Shown here: positions 54,860 through 64,000 of the stretch, piece after piece
Layout of the letters: each line of letters opens with the position of its first letter
How positions within the stretch are numbered: the stretch's first letter is position 1
From: Tubulanus polymorphus
Taxonomy: Eukaryota; Animalia; Nemertea
Length of the DNA: 64,000 nucleotides
Assembly (NCBI RefSeq): GCF_964204645.1
Contig: NC_134030.1
Location: forward strand, 7,605,022-7,669,021
Direction: 5' to 3'
Notes under the pieces: model-generated
Told to the model about the DNA's origin: nothing
Database searches by the model: none
Seen by the model: the letters and a program-made list of their open reading frames with translations, nothing else
Translations under genes and position numbers: made by a program

Positions 54860-55012
54860 AAAAACTGATAAATATTCTAATTCCTTATCTCTATCGTTAA
54901 AGAAAATACATGCATAAAGATGCATCTTCCCCCGGCAGGGATTCGAACCTGATGGCATTGAGACTCACCACGGTCAGGAACCCTGCTACAAGTGCACAGC
55001 TACATGCACAGC
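54860..55012 (-). mobile_element. tRNA-like SINE, most complete copy
   Basis: Minus strand ...GCAGGGTTCCTGACCGTGGTGAGTCTCAATGCCATCAGGTTCGAATCCCTGCCGGGGG has a perfect B-box, followed by an AT-rich tail ending in a T run. Confidence 0.6.
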
Positions 55013-55177
55013 ATAGATGATATCATTATTATCCAATCAGATATCTCATTTGATTTTAGCCCGGGTTTTTCTATCTTTAGTTTATCCATGAAATTTGCCT
55101 CGGCAATTGTACAACCGTCAATCTGATTGATGCTGCAACATTTCGAGCGGCAAACTTACACACCCAGTCTAGTGCAT

Positions 55178-55240
55178 GGCAGGGTTTCATGCCATGGCTA
55201 AGTCTAGCGATGCCATCAGGTCCGAATCCCTGCCGAAGGC
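55178..55240 (+). mobile_element. tRNA-like SINE head
   Basis: GGCAGGGTTTCATGCCATGGCTAAGTCTAGCGATGCCATCAGGTCCGAATCCCTGCC. Confidence 0.55.
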
Positions 55241-55457
55241 GGATTCTCCTCAAGTCAAAACTGATTCCAATGTGGGTTATCTTCGAATTTATCACCTGCA
55301 CACTTTCCGAATTCCGTTCGACGTTCAATTGACTAGTCAGTTTTATTCAGAGAAATATTTCCGGTCGATAATACTAAACACCACGCCGCATTATTGAAAT
55401 GCGGAGCTGTTGCGGTATCGAAAATGCACGAGCAAAAAGTAACCACTCTCAGTCTAT

Positions 55458-55790
55458 AGCCGCGATCACACGAGCAATAATGGCCCGGGCCAAATTTGGC
55501 CAGTGTCAAATTTGGCCTGGAACAACTATTCACACTGGTGCCAAATGGGCCCGAGTCTGTTTGGCCCAGGCCCAACAAAAAATGTCGGACCAGGCCCGAG
55601 CCAAATTTTAGCACCAGACAAATGATTGCATTTGAATTGCCATCTGGCACCGCAAATGATCCACTTCTCTTTGTATCGAGTGAATGGTTTACATGTGAAC
55701 GCGCTCTCTAATTAGGCTTGGGCCAAATTTGGCCCGAGCCTGATCCGTGCCAATTTGGCCCGGGCCAAATCGTCTCATGTGATCGCGGCT
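55458..55790. mobile_element. PIF/Harbinger(Tourist)-like MITE family A, most intact copy (333 bp)
   Basis: Perfect terminal inverted repeat AGCCGCGATCACA / TGTGATCGCGGCT with internal GGCCAAATTTGGCC palindromes. Further fragments lie near 30400, 34110-34255, 43225, 44370, 44950 and 46255-46506. Confidence 0.85.
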
Positions 55791-56108
55791 AATAGCTGGA
55801 ATAGTAAAACAAACACGAGACAGAAATACGAAAACAGACGACGACGACGACGATTAACCATGTAACTGATCTACGGCGCAAAATGTGACGCACACCGAGC
55901 TTCACATATCCTCCTCACTGGTTCCGTCATTAGCTCGCGATATATGGCTTCGGCGCGGCACAACTACCGAGATGAAATGTGAGTCAGCCGCCGACTACAT
56001 CACCTTCACGTGCTGTTTTATCATTCATTTATGGATAGTATACTTTATCATCTAATTTGGGACGTTGTCAACTGAAGCCCAGCACTGCCTGCGAAATGCA
56101 CCACCCAG

Positions 56109-56189
56109 GACCCAGTTCCACAGCTGTGAGTTAAAATTAGTTCATTTTCAATGAGTTAACTCTAGAACACAGAACTGTGGTACGGGGTC
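56109..56189. mobile_element. Harbinger-like MITE family B with CAG duplication
   Basis: cag|GACCCAGTTCCACAG...CTGTGGTACGGGGTC|cag. Confidence 0.75.
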
Positions 56190-56287
56190 CAGTTCTTCCA
56201 AAGTTGCCCCGATAGAATTTGATTCTATTAGAACATTTTTCATATCATACATGCCTAATAACTTCTATCTATTCCAATTATGAACAG

Positions 56288-56569
56288 CAGGGTGTTTCAG
56301 AAGATGTGACACGCTCGTTTTTTTCTGCAATTCCTAGATAATTGAGATATCATCTCATTTAGGATTTACGAAGTTTTCTAATATTCATATTTAATAAACA
56401 AAAAAAATCAGTCGGGAACGAAGAAAGCGTGATCATAATTAATATATGTGCCAATGAGTTGACATCCTATAAATAATGAATCCTAAATGAGATTTTAAGA
56501 AATCTTAATTTTTTTGAAATTGCAAACAAAAGCGAGGCGTAGGCCTATTACATTTTTTGAAGCACCCTG
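56288..56569. mobile_element. Tc1/mariner-like MITE
   Basis: CAGGGTGTTTCAGAAGATGT...ACATTTTTTGAAGCACCCTG|TA. Confidence 0.7.
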
Positions 56570-57999
56570 TAGATTCCCTGTAGATTATGATACACATTTT
56601 TTGTAAGACATTACACATCACAATCCCTGGAATGGTCACTGGACACGCCTGGTGCCTGTACTCTAGACGTCAATGGCGTCAATTCTTAAAAATCTTATCT
56701 AATTAGACCAAAGTTTAAATATCAAGACTAATTCATAACCCTAATTGATATGATTCGTCAAACTGGATTTAGGACGATGTCGTTACTTTGAAAAAAATCC
56801 TGTCCGTTCACAATAACTTCTTATCGAGCAAAGACGCTATACATCAAGAGCAATTAGTAATTTAGCAGCATATGTTTTTCTAGTGAATTCTTTGTGTCAA
56901 TAGAGTGCGTATAATATGCCATCGCTGAAAAAAACTTTGAACGAACATCATGTTTCACTGTGAAAACAGTTTTAAAAACGCCGTTAAAACATACAGAGCC
57001 AACAAACAAGTAAGATGTGAAAAACTGTTTCGTAACGAAAACGAAGATATGAAGAAAAATTTTGAGAAACATTTTTGGAACTTACCAGAAATTGTCGGAA
57101 CCGAAGTTGAAACGAAACCCAAGTCTGTTGAATTCGATGACGAACACCCGACAGACTCGACACGTTCGGAGGAGGAATATACAGCCTCATTCTCTTTTTT
57201 CGCCTTGCTTCTAATCTTTTTACAAATAATACAGGTTTTTTCGCCTCGCTTTTAGTTTTTTGTTCGCGAGTTGTTGTTGTTGCCCAAAAATTATAGGCTA
57301 TTGCCCGAAACTTGAATCATCTATTTTAAAATTAACAAATTCTCGCATCTAAAATGCTCCGAGCAGAAAATTTAGAAAATTACATTCGCCGGATCAACGA
57401 TAAAAACCGAGAAACATTCTATCGAGAAAGAAAAACTGCGAGGAAAATATATCCGAAATTGCCTCGCTTGCGGTTACCGAAAAAGTGTTGTCGAATCGCA
57501 GCAGCGCGTTACAACGCGGCGTCGGCGGAGGTGAAAAAAAACCTGTAATCCAAATGTATTCGAAGCGATTAATCACGGCCTATTATTATCTATAATCATT
57601 AAACCTAACTGTTATTGCAGTATTCTATAAAAACCTGCCAGCCCACTTGGATAAAGATCCGATCCTAAAGGGGACCACCATACATATTTTTCACACACGC
57701 ATAGATCCTATCACGAATAACCTATTTATACGGTGCACGTAGCCGGAAATTTTTCCGCCGTGCATGAGTGAAATGAAAGTTGAATTGCCAGATGCTGGCA
57801 AAAAGGAAATATGGCTTTATCTTAATTCTGGACTGCGGTTTTCCTATGGTTTCCATTTGAAAACAAATTGCGAAGTAAAAATTGTTCATGACTGAAACCG
57901 TGGCTCTCGAAAGCCGGAGAATAATCTGAGGTAGTCTACGCTAAAGTCGTCCAGAAACTGGATCTTATAGTCTGATACCAATTCATAAATCTAGCCCGG

Positions 58000-58190
58000 G
58001 GCTCAGTTTCACAAAAAAGGTTTAACCCCTAAAATCGATTTGATTTCTCCATCAATTCAGTTTATCTTTAAATCAATTTAGGCCTTAATCCTTTTTGTGA
58101 AACTGATGCCCAGGGTCTGTTGCACAGTCATGGCTTAGCGAAATCAGGCCAATCTAAGACCAGATTAGTTCTACAAGCCAATCTAACAAC
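58000..58190. mobile_element. Two abutting Harbinger-like MITEs joined at CAG
   Basis: GGCTCAGTTTCACAAAAAAGG...CCTTTTTGTGAAACTGATGCC|cag|GGTCTGTTGCACAGTC; the second shares AGCCAATCTAACAAC with the 49038 element. Confidence 0.65.
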
Positions 58191-58651
58191 AGGGTCAGCG
58201 GAAGCAAGTTGACATTGGCCCCACGAGGTATTAAACACGGAAAAAATTTGCACCTTTATTTTTCAAGGGGTTCAGGGGTCTTTTACAGTAAATTTTTTAA
58301 TGGTTGCATTTTGAAGGCTCTGGGGCTATTTTGAGACCAGTGTTTTCCAGTATGATGATTCACGATTCACAATTCACGATTCATGATTGAGTCACTTTGT
58401 TTATGAATGTACATCATAAATGAGATCATAACAACGTTTTAGACGTAGCTGAAACAATCACCATCGGTAAAATTATTGGCTCGCCCAAAGCCGCCCCGTT
58501 TCTGCTGAACAATTAAGGACCAGTGATGCTATCAGATCCTGATGTTGCATCTCTTTGAGAACTATTGAATTATGCATCGAACTGATGAAAAGCCTGTTGT
58601 TGCACAGGTCTATTAGGGGGACACCTATCCAGACCCGAGCATACTGGACAA

Positions 58652-58880
58652 GTACGATAACCACACTCAAACGTGGTGAACGGATAAAAAGATTAAAACC
58701 CACTATCTACAGATTAAAAGAATTTAAAATCAAGAATTTATTTATTCAAACAATCACCTGACGATGATCTCTAGGGTGAGATCGAAACTTCGTGTTTATT
58801 ATATACTTTAGATTGTTCGAATAATTAAATTCTTGATTTTAAATTCTTTCAATCTGTAGATAGCGGGTTTTAATCTTTTT
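58652..58880 (+). mobile_element. Penelope-like element remnant: ~70-bp inverted arms around a minimal hammerhead ribozyme (family 1), flanked by an 11-bp direct repeat
   Basis: CAC-CTGACGA-T-GATCTC-TAGGGT-GAGATC-GAAAC-TTC-GTG at 58755-58794; arms at 58685-58755 and 58811-58882; ATACTGGACAA at 58641-58651 and 58881-58891. Confidence 0.75.
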
Positions 58881-60375
58881 ATACTGGACAAATCTGTCAC
58901 ATACATGTGACAAGAATGAGACTTTGAATTATGCGTACAATGCCTAATCAAAATCGAAAAAAAAAACACCTGTAAGACTGACACAGATGGCAGCTAACTA
59001 GGCTAACCCCAGAGGAGGACGTATATGGAACAATGATAGCAACGACAAAATTAACTCAGTCGAAAAATGATTGGCAAATAGCGATCAAGAATGATAGATG
59101 AAAAGAAATCTTAATCTGGAAATTGCTAATCTTTGTCCATTTCCTGCACCGAATAAACTACATCAAGAGTCAAACGAAACAAAAATGACGATTAAAAGAC
59201 GCACTCGCGTCAACTCACTCCCTAGAAACCAGGAAATCATCAGATCATTTGAGTCTTATCAAAAAGGACTTCATGAATTTTCTATCTTAGGCAACAAAAA
59301 ATGCATGCATTAAACTGAATGTAAAGAAGTAGGCCTAACAGTTTTTTATTGAAGGAAATGTCATCCGGTTTCGAACAAGCGCAAGACTGACAGTTCTGTT
59401 TAATTCCCTTTCATCTATCGACGAGGACCGTTCCCACAGAGCAACTTGGTTTCAGTTGTTTAATTAACACAGCAGCAAAACGGCTGAGCAAAAAAAGGTC
59501 AAGCGCACGGAATGATTAGGCCAGGTATAATTACAGTTAATTGATTAATAAATTAAGTGTATATAACACCCCCGAGACAAATATATGGGTCAGAACTTAG
59601 GTAGGAGCGCGTTTCAACAACATCGAGCTGGTACAATAACTTCTGTGGAGGGGTGTTGGGTAAAAACAATAAAATACACAAGGCCTTGAATTGTTTCCTA
59701 TGCAGCCTGCGAGCCAGTTTAACCCTATATATGACACCGCCCGATAAAACCAGCTCTTTTATCTGAATGGCCGAAAAATGATGGATTGGGCTGCAACGAA
59801 CTGAAGATTTACTGCAATAAGATTCAATTTTCCATCAAACAGCTATGAAAAATGAATCCAGTGGTTGAGGAGAAAATATCGTGGTCCCCCTACCCCAGCA
59901 ATTTGACTGCGTATTTCAAATAAGGGCAGCCACATGGTGGTCCCGGTGGTCTTGATGTGGCCACCACCTACCAAAAATGCATAGTGATTGAAAGAAAAAC
60001 TTATAGCCTTGCAGAACACATATACAGGTAGTTTTATAGGGTATAATCCATTTGGCAGACTTTTGTTGCCTTAATTCTCAGTGATGTTTGTTTAGTCTAA
60101 TTAGGCCTGTCATTTGACAACAATACACACGACAAGGCTATAGGCCTATAGGGTTAATAGACAAAACTTTGAGCATAGGTAAATAATTTGCAAATTCAAA
60201 CCTAAATTTCAAACTGTTTTCTAGTTGTTACATGTACTACACCTCTCTGTACGAAACTTTGGAGTGAAATAATAAATAAAGGCGTTTAAGTTAATTCACT
60301 ATCGAAATCATGAAAAATATTGGAAGTTTGAAAAGGGTTTAACAAGAAGAGGGGTTTTAAGCATTCCCTGGATAC

Positions 60376-60525
60376 CTCGATATTCTTAGACGGATTTTTT
60401 TCCTCGACGAACACTTCATCGTAATCATCTTCATCGGTGTCGCTTTCGTTTTCATTATCATCATCATTATCATAGGCGTCGTACACGTGAATATACCTGT
60501 TGGCAAGCATTTTCCTGCGTACCAT
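60376..60525 (-). CDS. PHLDB homologue, most upstream coding exon (MVRRKMLANRYIHVYDAYDNDDDNENESDTDEDDYDEVFVEEKNPSKNIE), phase 0
   Basis: ttttaactgcag|AT ATG ... GAG|gtatcc; 50 codons; the phase matches FHA exon 1 at 25937. Linkage to PHLDB is inferred. Confidence 0.75.
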
Positions 60526-60686
60526 ATCTGCAGTTAAAACAAATCGGATGAAAAATCTTGCATAAGCGTACATGTCACACAAAGAGAAAGGTTAAGAAAC
60601 AGCTCAAATTTGATGGTGGAAAATTTCAGTAGATTATTCATTAACGGTTGAAAAAAAAGTGAAATTTTATGAAACAAAAATTGCAT

Positions 60687-60954
60687 CAGGGGTGGATATA
60701 GGGTCTGATTCAGGGAGGGGTGCAGTGGTGCACCCTTGAAATAGGGCGTATCATATAATTAAAAGGCACCCTGTCCCTGAAAAAAAAGCAGATCGGAAAA
60801 CATCAACTCATTCTTGGAAGTACAGAGAACAAGCATAAGAATTGAAACTTTTTAGGTATCAGTTTGATATTTTACATTTTCCCTGAAATTTCAGGTCAAC
60901 TTGACATTTTTAGGGAGTTCGCATCCCCTGCACCCTCCCTCTAGATCTGCCCTG
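60687..60954. repeat. MITE-like element with CAGGGG(T/C)GGAT...ATCTGCCCTG ends
   Basis: Inverted GGAGGGGTGCAG / CTGCACCCTCC blocks and inverted termini. Confidence 0.55.
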
Positions 60955-62324
60955 TACATCTTGGTCTATGTCAAAAGGTAGGGAAGCAGAATACGCTTTA
61001 AAAATGTTGATGTTGAAATATCATCCTACAAATGAATGGATTTGACCTGAATACAAACTTCTTTATCTGAGAAAAACCACCATAGACTCGGGCGAAAAAA
61101 GTGGCTACCAGTTTTTCCAGTGTAAAATAAGTGTCACAGCGTCTAGGTGTATTTTCACATGGTAAAAACATGGTACGTCTACCCAAATATGATACACTGT
61201 TTGCATAAACGCATAATTTTTGTTTATCTTTTTTACAAACTATCACCATGTGTTTGTGCCACGTAAAATGGCGGATGGTGTATATTTAGTACAAAATTTA
61301 GGACCAACACACTAGACCCCACTTGAAGAGGCTTATAACTTCTGCAAAAAATGTTGAAAGAATGCCATGGTTTTTTATTGTATACCGCAAGAAGTAGGCC
61401 TATCCCACTGGTTGAAAGATTTGTGTTTTATCTGTAACTTGGGCCACTTAAAGACCCGAGTATGGTTTATTCAAGCCTGTAACAGTCTCTTTATCACACA
61501 GAGGTGATCTCCAGTGCCACGAGAAACTCCTGTACATTGCTGGTACGATACATAGCCCTTAACTGATATTACAAATTAGTAGGCCCATGCATTCCGTGCC
61601 ATCTACAAAGTCAGTTTAGATAAAGGTACCGTACCATATTGAGATGTAGCCATTTTTGGACACATAAATAAAAGGAAGAATAAGATATATGAATTATCTC
61701 ATGATGTCAATAGAGATCAGACCCCTTTTAGTATGAATGACACCATATAGTTGTATATACCGTACTTATGACTTAGAGTGTCATAGGCTTAAAGCCCTTG
61801 AGCCTAAGGGAGTTTGGGAGCCCTTTCCACCAAGACAATTCTAAAAAAATGGATCATTTTCTGAGATTCTTGAGTGATTCAAAAACAAAATGGCCAACAG
61901 CAAATAATTTGCCACTTGTGTTAGTTTCTTAAGCCAGCTTATGAAATTTTATCTTGGCAAGAAATAGGGGGCTAGAAGCCCCTTAGATTCGCCCGCTGCC
62001 AAAGTTCCAACAATTTTACCAGGCGTTTGGTATTTCAAAAAAGGAGAACAGATTTTTCCAGATTGAAAAAAAGTTTATTGAGACAAGATAGTCTCAACAG
62101 TAATAAACCACAAGAGCCTGACACAAAGAAGTTTTTTACCCAGGTATCCTACTAATTAGGATACTGGGTCAAAGAACTTAGTGTCAGGCCCAAGAAATCT
62201 GCTGTGAGTGTGAATTAAACAAGCAAGTGTTGATCTTTCAATTGACGACATAGGCCTAGATCAGTGACGATGTCACACGCTGCTAATTTAAACAGGAATT
62301 AGAAATCTACACTCACTCACTTAC

Positions 62325-62700
62325 ATCATCGATAAGCTATGAAACGATAATCCAGCAGGGTTTTAGGCATAATCCCGTCCCAGCAGTTTTTGACAAACTT
62401 TGCACAACCAGCACATCAACAACAGCAGTCGCCGTACCTCGTACCGTATCACGTACCGTATGAGATGTATACAACAGCAGCTTGGCGTCGGATGATGTGA
62501 CCCAAAAAACCACTGATTATATGTTTCACTCTTCTTGCTATTATACAAGACGCCACTTGCATCTTCGGGATTTTTTAAAATTCTTATTTAGGTCAAAAAG
62601 TCACGGGATGCATCTCCCAAGTATTTCCGATGACGACCTTTGGAGCACGTGCACTAGTGAAGACGCACGTTCTTCCGCATTGCTGAATTCTACGGCGGCT
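62325..62700 (-). other. Candidate 5'UTR first exon of PHLDB containing a uORF (62326-62370)
   Basis: Donor GAT|gtaagt at 62324; CpG-rich; the 5' boundary is uncertain. Confidence 0.5.
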
Positions 62701-63540
62701 TAAGATGGATATTCTTTCTTTTTCCCACGGGTGCCAATCACTAAAACGAGGGCTGATTCGGGCAAATAATTTGTATGGCCTAACGGTGGTTTTTTCCAAT
62801 ACCCGTACTATATCGGGGCTTACTAAAATTCATAGTGGCTGGCCAAAACTAATAATGGCCAACCGCAATATCTGTAATAAATAAATCCATAATACAGGGA
62901 TTAGGCCCACTGGTTATGGTCATTGACCTTTATCGTATAAACGCATAAAACAAAAAAAAAGTGTCGAACAAAAATTATCCGACGATATCTGCCATCAATA
63001 ATACAAGAAAAATTAGATTAAATGTAAATTAGAAAAATTCACCTGCTGAAAAAAAGTTTTTAAGACCTGCTTTTAGCAACAGAAAATTGATGGAAAGGCC
63101 TTTAATTGAGACTTCGCAGTCTTCCAAAAAAACAAAACAATAACGACAGAAGGCGGTTTGGTGCGGTTGGTGGACCAAAATTAGATTGCCATCAAAATAG
63201 AAATGAGCTCTTGTCGTTATTTCTTGTTTACGTAATATTGTACGAATACTCTATCGCGTACCGTACGACGATAGGGATATTAGGCTACTGTTCTTATGTC
63301 ACTTATAAATTTTTGTTTGTCCGTTATCAATTCAACATTTTTACGCTGGCGTTTGAGCAAACGGTCAGAGTTCCTGGGAAATGGCGAGACAACTGCCTCG
63401 TAGTATACGGTATAGCCAGAAATGTTGATTAACTTTTTAGACAGTTAATAGACCAATTATAACTATACAAAGGGACATGAAATATAAACTGGTTGCGCTA
63501 ATGATACCCCCAAAATTTATACTATACAATTCGGTACGAG

Positions 63541-63616
63541 ATGTATGGATACTACTGGTACTGTGGTTATATATTGGCGATATTTTTTCTGTCGGGTGTT
63601 CACGGAACTGGGCAGG
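63541..63616 (+). CDS. Signal-peptide exon of a secreted/membrane EGF-like protein (MYGYYWYCGYILAIFFLSGVHGTGQ-G)
   Basis: GAGATG start, hydrophobic core and VHG cleavage-like motif, CAG G|gtatga phase-1 donor, 73-nt intron. Confidence 0.8.
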
Positions 63617-63689
63617 GTATGAAAAAGATCACTGCGCAATGCCCGCTTATTTGAATGAATAATGAGAAGGTGATTTATATAAATTGCAG

Positions 63690-63857
63690 GGCCACCGTGT
63701 TTTGCTTTGAGTTGCGGAGGTTGGGTTTGTCATTGCCGAGCTGGCTATGACTATGTCAGGAAGAAGGGGACGTGTCCTATATCGTCGGAATACGGCGACC
63801 TTGCATGTCCGATGAGGAGTTGTGAACCGGGTTGGTCAGGTCCGGGATGTCAGATCG
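63690..63857 (+). CDS. EGF-like exon (GPPCFALSCGGWVCHCRAGYDYVRKKGTCPISSEYGDLACPMRSCEPGWSGPGCQI-G) of a MEGF/receptor-like protein
   Basis: aaattgcag|GG...ATC G|gtaaga, 168 nt, phase 1-1; 8 Cys with CHC and C..GWSGP.CQ motifs. Confidence 0.88.
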
Positions 63858-64000
63858 GTAAGATAAACGTACATCAGCACGCTTCCATCTTCTCTTATTC
63901 ATGATGCATCACTTCGACAATTCACAGATTTTCAAAAATATATATATCATTCCTCCACCCCAAAGTAAATGACGTAATTGATAAGGAGAAGAATCAATAC

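Noticed and set aside
54932-55012. Functional tRNA gene
   Set aside because: The B-box is perfect but there is no proper cloverleaf or A-box, and multiple diverged copies fit a SINE better.
63477-63662. Track ORF MKYKLVALM... as the start of the EGF gene
   Set aside because: The frame from ATG 63541 gives a better signal peptide and the correct phase-1 donor.

Overview
AT-rich, repeat-laden, intron-rich animal genomic DNA, probably from an invertebrate (lophotrochozoan-like; an inference from composition and gene content). Most ORFs in the six-frame track are spurious. Almost the whole window (about 1-62700) is the 5' part of one large minus-strand gene, a PHLDB/LL5 homologue. It is recognised from three spliced exons (25817-25937, 18496-18678, 18081-18206) that encode the N-terminal FHA domain typical of PHLDB1/LL5alpha, and it continues off the left edge. 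Several phase-compatible candidate alternative first exons and microexons suggest both FHA-containing and FHA-less isoforms from one locus. A divergent plus-strand gene with a signal peptide and an EGF-like exon starts at 63541. The introns hold many PIF/Harbinger-like and Tc1/mariner-like MITEs, tRNA-like SINE heads in divergent pairs, and a 1.45 kb minisatellite with higher-order structure. They also hold remnants of two families of minimal hammerhead ribozymes of the Penelope-like-element type. MITE and repeat boundaries are approximate.
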